Position numbers and translations under genes: made by a program | Notes under the pieces: model-generated | The model's input: the letters and a program-made list of their open reading frames with translations, nothing else | Told to the model about the DNA's origin: nothing | Databases searched by the model: none | Shown here: positions 14,710 through 26,339 of the stretch, piece after piece | Numbering within the stretch: the stretch's first letter is position 1 | How the letters are laid out: every line of letters starts with the position of its first letter | Origin: Eledone cirrhosa | Taxonomy: Eukaryota | DNA length: 64,000 bases | Direction: 5' to 3' | Assembly (NCBI GenBank): GCA_964016885.1 | Contig: OZ024741.1 | Coordinates: 140,802,001-140,866,000, forward strand

Positions 14710-16614
14710 ATGGAGTCAAGTAAGTAAATAAATAAAATTAGATAACATGAAATGAAATAAAATAAAATGAAATAAATTGAGATAAGATATATATTTTTTT
14801 AGAATATATCTCTTGAATATATCAGGGGCCCACGAAGGCACTAAGTGTCACAGTTATGTGTATCACTTGACCAATTTTTAAAAATATATTTCTTGAAAAC
14901 ATCAGGGGCCCACGAAGGCACTAAGTGTCACAGTCACCAGTATCACTTGACCATTGCAAGGCAATGGAGGCGTCCCAGGTTGGGCAGTCTCGAAAGTTCA
15001 CTCGAAAGTCATGGGTGTGCATTCACACAGTTGAGCGGTGGGGTAATCACAAACCGGTTCACACACGGGCAGGAGTCCAATGGTCAGAGAGAGGTGCATC
15101 GAAGGAGGTAGAAGAATTCACGTGCATTAGCAAGCAAGGTGAGGCGGGTTAAAGCAAGCAGACACAGTTGTAGCGCATACAAAATATATATAAAAAGACA
15201 GAAGATATATAAAAAATAGCTTCAAGAGCCATTAAGTCACCGCATTGGGACATCACAAGATTGTACACATCAATATGTTCAGCACGTATATGTACGTATA
15301 CACACCACATGCATATGCAGAGACGGTATACATATATATATATATATATATTTTTATATATACAGACACATATAACCACCTACACCCATACACATATAAA
15401 TGTATACACGGACACACACGCACACACACACAGCGTAGGACACACGGGTCAAAGCCGGTATTAAATACGATATTAAACACCGAAATACCACATTAGACCA
15501 GACCCACCACCACAGGTAATATATTCAAAACAAATACATACGATGAGATGTAGAAAAATAAAGTTGAAATCATACGGAGATATTCATGTCTGCACGTGTA
15601 CACTCGAATCGGTCAATGGCACGTGCAGACATGAATATCTCCGTAGGATTTCAACTTATTTTTCTACATCTCATCGTATGTATTTGTTTTGAATATATTA
15701 CCTGTGGTGGTGGGTCTGGTCTAATGTGGTATTTCGGTGTTTAATATCGTATTTAATACCGGCTTTGACCCGTGTGTCCTACGCTGTGTGTGTGTGCGTG
15801 TGTGTCCGTGTATACATTTATATGTGTATGGGTGTAGGTTGTTATATGTGTCTGTATATATAAAAAAAAATATATATATATATATGTATACCGTCTCTGC
15901 ATATGCATGTGGTGTGTATACGTACATATACGTGCTGAACATATTGATGTGTACAATCTTGTGATGTCCCAATGCGGTGACTTAATGGCTCTTGAAGCTA
16001 TTTTTTATATATCTTCTGTCTTTTTATATATATTTTGTATGCGCTACAACTGTGTCTGCTTGCTTTAACCCGCCTCACCTTGCTTGCTAATGCACGTGAA
16101 TTCTTCTACCTACTTCGATGCACCTCTCTCTGACCATTGGACTCCTGCCCGTGTGTGAACCGGTTTGTGATTACCCCACCGCTCAACTGTGTGAATGCAC
16201 ACCCATGACTTTCGAGTGAACTTTCGAGACTGCCCAACCTGGGACGCCTCCATTGCCTTGCAATGGTCAAGTGATACTGGTGACTGTGACACTTAGTGCC
16301 TTCGTGGGCCCCTGATGTTTTCAAGAAATATATTTTAAAAAATTGGTCAAGTGATACACATAACTGTGACACTTAGTGCCTTCGTGGGCCCCTGATATAT
16401 TCAAGAGATATATTCTAAAAAAATATATTTCTTATCTCAATTTACTTTATTTCATTTTATTTTATTTCATTTCATGTTATCTAATTTTATTTATTTACTT
16501 ACTTGACTCCATTTATTTATTTATTTATTTATTTATTTAAATTTAAATTTTAATTTTAATTTTAAAATTTAAATTTTAATTTTATTTATTTATTTAATTC
16601 TTAATTTTTTTTTT

Positions 16615-16662
<48 letters not shown>

Positions 16663-17207
16663 TTACATTTAATTACATTTAATTATACATTTAATTATAT
16701 CTTATATTATATTATTTTAATTTAGTCTATGTTATTTGATTTTAGTTTACCTTATTTTATCTTATTTTACGATTATATTATATTATGTTCTATGTATATA
16801 ATTTTTAATTTTTAATTTTATATTATTTTATCTCATTCCTTACCCTATATTTTATATGTAAGTTTGTTATGTATTTCTTTGTATTTCTTTTTATATATAT
16901 TATAAGTCTGTTTTTCACCTATTTTTTACCTATTTTTTACCTACTCTTACCTAATCCCATTATCTTATCTACTCTTGTCTGTTCTCTTATCCATGTGTCT
17001 ACTCTTGTCTGTTCTCTTATCCATGTGTATGCTTGTATGTAACTATATGTTGACAGCACCCCGCCCAACTGTGACTGATAGCACCCCTTATTTTTATCTT
17101 TATTTTTATTTTTACTTTTATTTTTATTCTTATCCTTTATCGTCTATTATTACCTTTTATTCTTCAATGTCTTGGATTTGTTATTGCTTGTATGGTATGT
17201 AATTAAC

Positions 17208-17265
17208 CTTTATGCTCTGATGAGTCCCACTTATAGTGCGGATGAAACAATGTTAGCAAGTAAAG
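17208..17265 (+). ncRNA. Type I hammerhead ribozyme, right arm
   Basis: CTTTA-TGCT-CTGATGA-GTCCCAC(TTATA)GTGCGGAT-GAAA-CAATG-TT|AGCA-AG-TAAAG: intact core, minimal stem III, GUU site. Confidence 0.75.
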
Positions 17266-17395
17266 ATATGCATATGCTATAAGCGTTCTTTGTTATTTAT
17301 TATATTACGGCTCTGTCCTCAGACATTGAGCTAACCTCATACTGCCTGCTGGATAAGTGGAGTGTTATACACCCCTGATCCTTTCCCTAGCATAC

Positions 17396-17447
<52 letters not shown>

Positions 17448-17476
17448 CATATGTATATATATACATATATATATAG

Positions 17477-17523
<47 letters not shown>

Positions 17524-17537
17524 CATATATATATAGA

Positions 17538-17572
<35 letters not shown>

Positions 17573-17574
17573 GC

Positions 17575-17605
<31 letters not shown>

Positions 17606-17958
17606 AACATATACATATATAAACATATACATATATAAACATATACATATATATGCATATACATATATATACATATATATATCTACATATACATATATAT
17701 ACATATATATATATACATGTATATATACATATATATATACATATATACACATATATATACCTATATATATATATACATATATATACATATACATATATAT
17801 AAATATATATACATATACATATATATACATATATATACATATACATATATATACATATACATATATATATATACATATACATATACATATATATACATAT
17901 AAATATATATATACATATATATACATATAAATATATATATACATATATATACATATAC

Positions 17959-18040
<82 letters not shown>
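17396..18040. repeat. (TA)n/(TACA) microsatellite
   Basis: Directly visible. Confidence 0.95.
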
Positions 18041-18044
<4 letters not shown>

Positions 18045-18229
18045 AATTTATATCTAGTAACATGTATATACATATAGATGCATATCAATGCTTGCAAATA
18101 TATAGGTTTTGTCTTAGTAACATTGTGGTTCAATGCATGGGGTTGCAGAACAATAATATGAGAGACGTAAGATAAGAAAATTATATAATTATAAAAAAAT
18201 TATAAAATTGACTTACTTACTAAAATATT

Positions 18230-18311
18230 ACTTCCAACTAATTAGTTTCTGGAATGGAGTAAATATATTTTCCGAAGAATATACTGAAAAGCATTCCGTC
18301 GTCAGGAAAGT
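18230..18311 (-). ncRNA. Type I hammerhead, array copy 1
   Basis: Minus strand: ACTTTC-CTGACGA-CGGAATG...CATTCCA-GAAA-CTAATTAG-TT|GGAAGT. Confidence 0.75.
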
Positions 18312-18771
18312 CTATTCTCATGTAAGTTTCCAGGCATAGCGAGGAGTCTGGAAAGTTATTAAAAAAATAATTCAGTGGAAAGGAAATAGCGAAGCGTGTA
18401 CTGAAATCCTAGCCATTGAGAAAATCACTGCCTCTACGTCTGTGGCAAATTCAAAAAGAATCGATCACGTGACATCGAGGTCAATCAGTGGAAAGCGAGT
18501 TGTTAATAAGACAGCGGCCTGCCTACTACTATAGCAGCAGTTATGGCCAATATTGCTCGACAAATGAATTGAAGATAATTATAAAGAATTTATATCTAGT
18601 AACATTTATATACATACAGATGCATATCAATGCTAGCAAATATATAGGTTTTGTCTTAGTAACATTGTGGTTCAATGCATGGGGTTGCAGAACAATAATA
18701 TGAGAGACGTAAGATAAGAAAATTATAAAATTATAAAAAAATTATAAAATTGACTTACTTACTAAAATATC

Positions 18772-18853
18772 ACTTCCAACTAATTAGTTTCTGGAATGGA
18801 GTAAATATATTTTCCGAAGAATATACTGAAAAGCATTCCGTCGTCAGGAAAGT
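18772..18853 (-). ncRNA. Type I hammerhead, array copy 2
   Basis: Same motif, 542 bp after copy 1. Confidence 0.75.
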
Positions 18854-19313
18854 CTATTTTCATGTAAGTTTCCAGGCATAGCGAGGACTCTGGAAACTTA
18901 TTAAAAAAATAATTCAGTGGAAAGGAAATAGCGAAGCGTGTGCTGAAATCCTAGCCATTGAGAAAATCACTGCCTCTACGTCTGTGGCAAATTCAAAAAG
19001 AATCGATGACGTGACATCGAGGTCAATCAGTGGAAAGCGAGTTGTTAATAAGACAGCGGCCTGCCTACTACTATAGCAGCAGTCATGGCCAATATTGCTC
19101 GACAAATGAATTGGAGATAATTATAAAGAATTTATATCTAGTAACATTTATATACATACAGATGCATATCAATGCTAGCAAATATATAGGTTTTGTCTTA
19201 GTAACATTGTGGTTCAATGCATGGGGTTGCAGAACAATAATATGAGAGACGTAAGATAAGAAAATTATAAAATTATAAAAAAATTATAAAATTGACTTAC
19301 TTACTAAAATATC

Positions 19314-19395
19314 ACTTCCAACTAATTAGTTTCTGGAATGGAGTAAATATATTTTCCGAAGAATATACAGAAAAGCATTCCGTCGTCAGGAAAGT
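19314..19395 (-). ncRNA. Type I hammerhead, array copy 3
   Basis: Same motif, 1084 bp after copy 1, with one change in the stem II extension. Confidence 0.75.
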
Positions 19396-19580
19396 CTATT
19401 TTCATGTAAGTTTCCAGGCATAGCGAGGAGTTTGGAAACTTATTAAAAAAATAATTCAGTGGAAAGGAAATAGCGAAGCGTGGACTGAAATCCTAGCCAT
19501 TGAGAAAATCACTGCCTCTACGTCTGTGGCAAATTCAAAAAGAATCGATCACGTGACATCGAGGTCAATCAGTGGAAAGC

Positions 19581-19881
19581 GATCGATTCTTTTTGAATTT
19601 GCCACAGACGTAGAGGCAGTGATTTTCTCAATGGCTAGGATTTCAATCCACGCTTCGCTATTTCCTTTCCACTGAATTATTTTTTTAATAAGTTTCCAGA
19701 GTCCTCGCTATGCCTGGAAACTTACATGAAAATAGACTTTCCTGACGACGGAATGCTTTTCAGTATATTCTTCGGAAAATATATTTACTCCATTCCAGAA
19801 ACTAATTAGTTGGAAGTGATATTTTAGTAAGTAAGTCAATTTTATAATTTTTTTATAATTTTATAATTTTCTTATCTTACG

Positions 19882-19929
<48 letters not shown>

Positions 19930-20040
19930 CGTAAGATAAGAAAATTATAAAATTATAAAAAAATTATAAAATTGACTTACTTACTAAAATATCACTTCCA
20001 ACTAATTAGTTGAAACACCTTCAGGGTACAAGCAGGGAAC

Positions 20041-20084
<44 letters not shown>

Positions 20085-20116
20085 GTTCCCTGCTTGTACC
20101 CTGAAGGTGTTTCAAC
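19581..20116. repeat. Chain of three fold-back duplications
   Basis: 19581-19890 is the reverse complement of 19241-19550. 19800-20011 is a palindrome centred on (TA)n 19888-19923. 20009-20116 is a palindrome centred on (TA)n 20044-20081. Confidence 0.95.
19736..19817 (+). ncRNA. Type I hammerhead, inverted array copy
   Basis: ACTTTCCTGACGACGGAATG...CATTCCAGAAACTAATTAGTTGGAAGT reads directly on the + strand. Confidence 0.75.
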
Positions 20117-21654
20117 ACCAACTTGCTTCTACTGTTGCTAATCTGTGTAGGAAATTTACTCGATGCTGGCTATATTTCTGAAAACTTTCCGTCCCAGTCC
20201 GTTGTCCCAGTCTTCAAAAAGGGAAATATGACCTATGCAGTGAACACTATCCGATCTCAGTCACCTCTCATATTATCAAGCTATTTGAGAGGGTGGTGAG
20301 ATCACGAATAACCCACTTTCTTGAAAGCAACAGACTGCTGAACACCCACGAAAATGGGTTCCGTAGTGGAAGGGACTTCCTAGCGCAGCTCCTGCATCAC
20401 TTTGATGATATTTTGGGAACTTTGGGAGTAGACTCCAACACTGATGTCATCTATCTTGATTTCAGCAAGGCCTTTGACAGTGTTGATGATGAGATTGCAT
20501 TGAAAGAACTATCCAAAATTGGTGTCTCTTGAAAGGTACTACAGTAGATCAAGTGTTTCCTGACAGACAGAACCAGCATGTTGTAGTCGAAGGAGTAAAA
20601 TCAATCCCAGCCAAATTCCTCCCGCAAGGAACTATGTTGGGCCCACTTCTTTTCATCATCTACATTAATGACATTACTGACACCATCTAGCAGAGCAATA
20701 TAAGGTTCTTTGCAGATAATTCCAATCTCCAGATGGTCATGAATGGATCGGGTGACCAGACATGATTTTAATCAGGTTTACTGTCTGTTATCCAATGAGC
20801 GGAAAAGAACAATATATTGCTGAGCGAGGATAAAATTGAGTTAATCCACTCTAGAAAAGAGGATTCCCTGAAACTCCCATACTCCCTTCCTTCAGGTGAA
20901 GCTCTCGTGGCATCCAACATCAGAAATTTGGGAGTAATTGTGGACAACAATATAAGCTGGGCCACTCATATAAACAGCAAAGTTGAGATAGTCCACAGAA
21001 TGTGTTCCTGGATTCTCAGAACCTTCCATTCGAGAGATATCAACACTGTTATCCTTCTCTCCTACATTTTTGCCCGAGCCCACATTGAATACTGTCATCC
21101 ATTGTGCTCTCCACACACGATACAATGTATCATGAAAGTTGATGTGCCTCAAAGGTCAATTACAAAAGAAATATATGGCATGACATGCATTGACTATTGG
21201 AGTCGACTAGAAAAGCTCAACCATTATTCTCGCCGTGAGCGCTACATTATCTGCATGATGTGGGAAATATTCCATCAGCATTGCCCAAATGATGTTGTAA
21301 TTACCTTTAAAGTACTCCCAAGGCTTGGGCCCCGACCTCTCCGCCCACGACAATAATCACACTCACACCTCATAACAATAAGCACAATTATTTCACCTCA
21401 ATTAGTCCCGCTATCTTTAACATTACACCAAAACACATTAAAACGGAAACAGATCCCATAAAGTTCAAGAAGTCTTTGGACAAGTTCCTTCAAGAAATCC
21501 CGGTTAAACCTCCTACACCCAAACATGTCTCCGTAAACAAAACTCTCTAATTGAGTGGGTCATGTGTCCAAATCTTGATTTGAAAGACTTCGCTAGGTGG
21601 TGCTATTAAGTCAGACATAGCCTGGCCCAATACTATCAAAGTTATGAAAGTTAA

Positions 21655-21659
<5 letters not shown>
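20082..21659 (+). mobile_element. 5'-truncated CR1-clade LINE, decayed RT
   Basis: VVPVFKKG, IIKLFERVV, GFRSGR, DVIYLDFSKAFD, PQGTMLGPLLFIIYIND, FADNS, RNLGVIVD, RRERYII. Ends in a short repeat tail (AAAGTT) running into (TA)n. Confidence 0.92.
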
Positions 21660-21726
<67 letters not shown>

Positions 21727-23258
21727 AAATTCCTTAGATGCATTTTATTTTATCTAGAGTAGAGTAGCCTAGCCTGACTTAATTGTTCCCTACGTAACTC
21801 TTCCTGTACATGTTAAGCCGAATCCATAATGCTTCTAGATTTGCTCATACGCCATATTATCACAGTACCGCTGAGATGATTGAATGGACCAAACGTTTGG
21901 CAAGTAGTTTGCCATTTTGCAAGATAATTATTTGCAAACATTTTCATTGCTGCTATTATAATAATACCAAAATATCAGTTTTAAACATGTTTGCATCATG
22001 ATATTCAATATTGATAATGAATATCGAATGTATTCCCCCACTGCAATCAAAATATGTGTCTCATTAAAAAATAAAATAAATCATTATATCTAGTGAATTT
22101 TTATATCATCGAAGTGAATAAGTAAGACAAAATTTTATTTCTGATACAGTTGTAGTTCTATGAATCATTTAAGTTTAACAAGAATTTATAGAAAGTCTAT
22201 ATAGTTTTGAGATTTAACAACGACCAAGGCATTAACATTCCTATAAAAAATGAGATATCCAAATTATTTATGTTTTTTTATTAATTATTAAAATGGCATT
22301 TCTATCATGATGCTTAGAATTCTTTTGCATAAATCCCAAAGTGATATTTTGGTATTTTCTCATTCCTTTATTATGAAATATCGAGAAATATATGATGTTA
22401 CATTTTTGTATACTAAATATCAAAGGAACATCTTTTTTTTAAATCTTCCAATATCTTCGTCTGATAGTTATAACAGACAGCGATGTGTTTGAAACGGATT
22501 AACGTTTGGATCACACCTTTTATAATCCTGTTACTTAATATTGCAAGTATGGAGTTGGTTCATAAACTCTTATTGAGCCTCTATATGGTCAAGAACATAC
22601 TGAACATCTACATAAATATCAATTTAACCATCACTTTTCCAAATATAGTAAGTACGATTTCATTTGATTAAGATTTGACCTATATTTATTGCAAAGGAGA
22701 ATGTTTTAACTGTTTGTTTGCCTCTAGTTTAATATTACCATACCGATATGCGAACAGGTGTTGTGGAGCATTTTTCACACCACCTACTATCTTCTAATAA
22801 ATATATTAGATAGTAATTTATTTAGGCAATAATTTTCTTCTTCAATGACACACTGTGTCATTGTAATTTGAACTTAGAACCTCAGGAACGCTAACCATAA
22901 GCCACCGATCTTCATATTAACGGGCAATACGTCTAACACAAAGAGTGGCTGTTATTCGATGGCATTCTTAAGTAAAATAGATGCGTTTAAAATATTTAGG
23001 TCAGCAGGTGAGAATGTTTGAAAACAGTATGGTTTATTTTGATAAAGGAGGATGTCTAAGTTGAGTCTAAATCTAAAACGGTTTTGGAGAGATATGTAAA
23101 TACAGCATAATATATCCTTTAAAAATAGATTTATGTTTTGGTAAAGTTTTTATCATGAATTTGTGTTTGTTTCGTCTCTAAAAACCGTCACTGCGTTAAA
23201 TTGATGAATTGATGTATATATGTAAGTAAAAAGAAATTCAGTAAACGCCACCACCATC

Positions 23259-23337
<79 letters not shown>

Positions 23338-23549
23338 GTTGTGAAATCTTATATAGTTTACAGCTAACGTTAAATTCTCAGTAAGCATTAATCAGCATGC
23401 ATCCGGTTGTAAAAATTTCATGGGAACTGTTTCGAGGATAGGGTGATACTGAGGTTGAGAGCATTCTTTCATGAAATATTTTAGTGAATAAATAGATAGA
23501 ATTAAAAAAATAATAATAGCGGAAAATGACGCCAAATATATATAATGAT

Positions 23550-23597
23550 AGACACCTTTAACTGATTTCCGTGCCTAATAGGGCTCTTATCAAAATG
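23550..23597 (-). ncRNA. Degenerate hammerhead-like relic
   Basis: Minus strand: TTTTGATAAG-AGCC(CTATTA)GGC-ACG-GAAA-TCAG-TT-AAAG. The core has two mismatches. Confidence 0.3.
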
Positions 23598-23740
23598 CGT
23601 GTATATCATCCAAATAACCACGTGGTAACACGTATTTGATGGGCTTATACATCCATTCGCTCTTAGTTGTTTTCTGAAATGGACGTACTAATTTGCATAT
23701 AATTAGTGCTCGTATTGGTTGTTAAGATATTTCTTAATAA

Positions 23741-24720
23741 CCAGCTACAGTACTCGGTAATACCTGGGAAAGATGGGATGTATGTGCAGTTCCCAGAGTG
23801 CGCCTGAAAATGTTAGCAACCCAGGGCGCCCATACTGGATTTTCAATAGCAACCTTTTTTGTGTGGAAGTATCAATAGCTGCTTAAGTCATAATTCCTTC
23901 CAGCGTTCTTCATTCAGAGTGAATAAGTTTGAGCTGGAAGTGTATCGATCTTATTCAACAATCTTATGTATAAGAATAGCAAACTTACTGACTTAGCGCT
24001 CAAGATCAAACACAGATCAATTGAGGAAGTCATCGCAATTATTGAAGTAATAACCGAGAGAACATACTGTTCAAACACCCTGTATATCATCGTTTGTAAA
24101 GACCTTCGAATGACTGAAGAAATTCAATAAGAGCATCCCATTTCCCTCCAATAGAATACATAACCCGAGAAAACACACCATAATAAGTCGGATTAACAAT
24201 CAGAAGTGTTGGCCCTAAGGAGGGCCTTGTAACGTACACTGTTGCAAAGTATCAATAATGGGGGAGAATTTATATCTTCTTAATTCGTGTTAATCTTCCC
24301 ACGATCCCACACCTTGAAATATCGAGAAAATAAACTCTACTCTCAAAGACGGCATGTTTCAATTAATATGCCGGGAGTACGATTATTCGTCAGCATACGA
24401 TTTGGGTTTTATTCTTCGGACTAATCTCATGGTAAGCCAACTTCCAGGTCATTGATCATAGATTGTCGTCCGCTTTGTTTGAAATTTCTTTATGTATATT
24501 TCTAATAAGTTGTTGCCTCGTTTTGGAGGAATGAGTTGTAGGAGAAGGAAGGGGAGTATTCGGAGGGAGGGTTTAACATACAGTAGTAGTATCTCCTCCT
24601 CTCCCTCTCTCACTGAAAGATCTTATCTTTCCTCCCTCATTGTAAAGATGTCCCTATGGGCTCCATTATTAATATTTATTGAAAGCAAATTAGCCAATCT
24701 CGTTTCTGAATATTAGCTTA
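23741..24720 (-). mobile_element. Possible old non-autonomous Helitron (5' limit uncertain)
   Basis: Minus strand ends CCCAGGTATTACCGAG + 8 nt + CTGG|T, the same spacing as the Helitron end at 1274-1301. Confidence 0.35.
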
Positions 24721-26085
24721 ACAAGTATGTACAGTTTCATCAGGATCGGGTCACTGGTGTAGGCGCCAACTGGTTATACACAGATTATACATATACACAG
24801 ACAAACAGAAATTGCTATTTATATAGTAGATTGCATTATTAGCCGAGCTGTACCATAACGTTGTGTCTGTATATTCAGAGAGAATGGGAAACAGACTACT
24901 CCAATGTGTGTATAAGTATACACAGATTTTAATATCTAGGCATGTAAACATACCAGAAAATACGAATTCCTCTGTAAATTGAAAAAATGATAAACACCTT
25001 TAATCGTCTTTCGGACCTAGGCTGGCACTCATCAGAAGGCATCTTTATCGTGCAAAGAGGCTTACAGCTTACAAGTGCTACGAATCTTTTGATATATTGC
25101 CGTCATAAATACCAGTAAACATAATTGAAATTAAGAAACCGGCATACATTATTCACTGAAATGGCTTTAGCATTTTGTAATTATCGATATCACAACAATT
25201 ACAATAAAAGAGTAATAGGAAAAATTAATCTGAATTACATTATCAGAGTGAAGTATATATTGGTCTGTGTGTGTATATATATGTATATATATGTGGGGGG
25301 GGGGGTGCGCGCGCGTGGTGTGCGTGTGCGTTTTTTAGTGTCTATGTGTGATTGTGTTTTTAGACGTGTTGATTACAGGAAATTCGAGTATTTATTTATG
25401 AAATAAAATGGCGACAGCAGGAAATGAATTCTTCATTTTTGCCAAAGGGTTAAGTAATATTGAATTTTATTGAATATAATTAACTGTAATTCATCAGCTA
25501 GACATTCTATATTTCAGATATATTTTAGTACCACTTCAGAAAGATTTTCGAAATCAATGTTTCCACACATTATTCATAATTACTAATATACATAATATAC
25601 ATAATTACTAATATAAATAGATTTGTGTGTGTGTGTGTGTATGTCTAGTCATACATAATGCGGCAAATTGGCAGTTGAGCTGAATACGTTGCCGTGTTAA
25701 ATGTGCGCTCCAAATTTAAATCCCCTCGAGATGAACTTTTCCTTTCGCCATTTGGAAGTCGGTAAATAAAGTCGTTCTCTGTAACCACAGAGCCATGAAT
25801 GTGTTTATACTATGAATATCAATCTGCTCTTACTGAAAATTTTAATGATTGAGTTATGATGTCGCCTATTTGAAATATTTCTTGTTATGACTGGTAACAA
25901 AAGCCATATGTTTTTATGAGATAAGAATTTCGGATTCACTTGTAGTAGGAAATAAGAAAAGAAAGTTCAAATATATATCCATGCCTCTAATGAGTAAGGT
26001 CTCTATGAACTTATCTCTTGGTATGCTGTGCACACCACCATCGCAATCTATTTCATATTAAAAGTTGTGATCTCCGATTTCTAAT

Positions 26086-26339
26086 TATAATTGTTTCTAC
26101 ATTTGGCACAAGACCAGCAATTACACAGTACATTACTGGTACTTTATTTTATCGACCCTGTAAGGATGACAGGCAAAGTTAACCTCGGCGGGATTTGAAC
26201 TCAGATTGTAAAGGGACGTATCTATGCTGGAACTAATTATAATTGTTTCTACTTTTGGCACAAGGCCAGCAATTATCCAGTACATTACTGGTACTTTATT
26301 TTATCGACCCCATAAGGATGAAAGGCAAAGTTAACCTCG
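26086..26339 (-). mobile_element. Two tandem partial SINE copies
   Basis: Reverse complement of GAGTTCAAATCCCGCCGAGGTTAACTTTGCC..GTCGATAAAATAAAGTACCAG..GTAGAAACAATTA. Confidence 0.85.

Larger units (their letters stand above)
18041..19580 (-). mobile_element. Tandem array of a 542-bp unit (~2.8 copies), one hammerhead per unit; retrozyme-like
   Basis: AAAGAATTTATATCTAGTAAC starts at 18041, 18583 and 19125. The copies are near-identical and carry no credible ORF. Confidence 0.85.

Noticed and set aside
18488-19245. Repeated 71-aa ORF in the 542-bp units
   Set aside because: GTG start, no recognisable domain, and conserved only because the units are near-identical.
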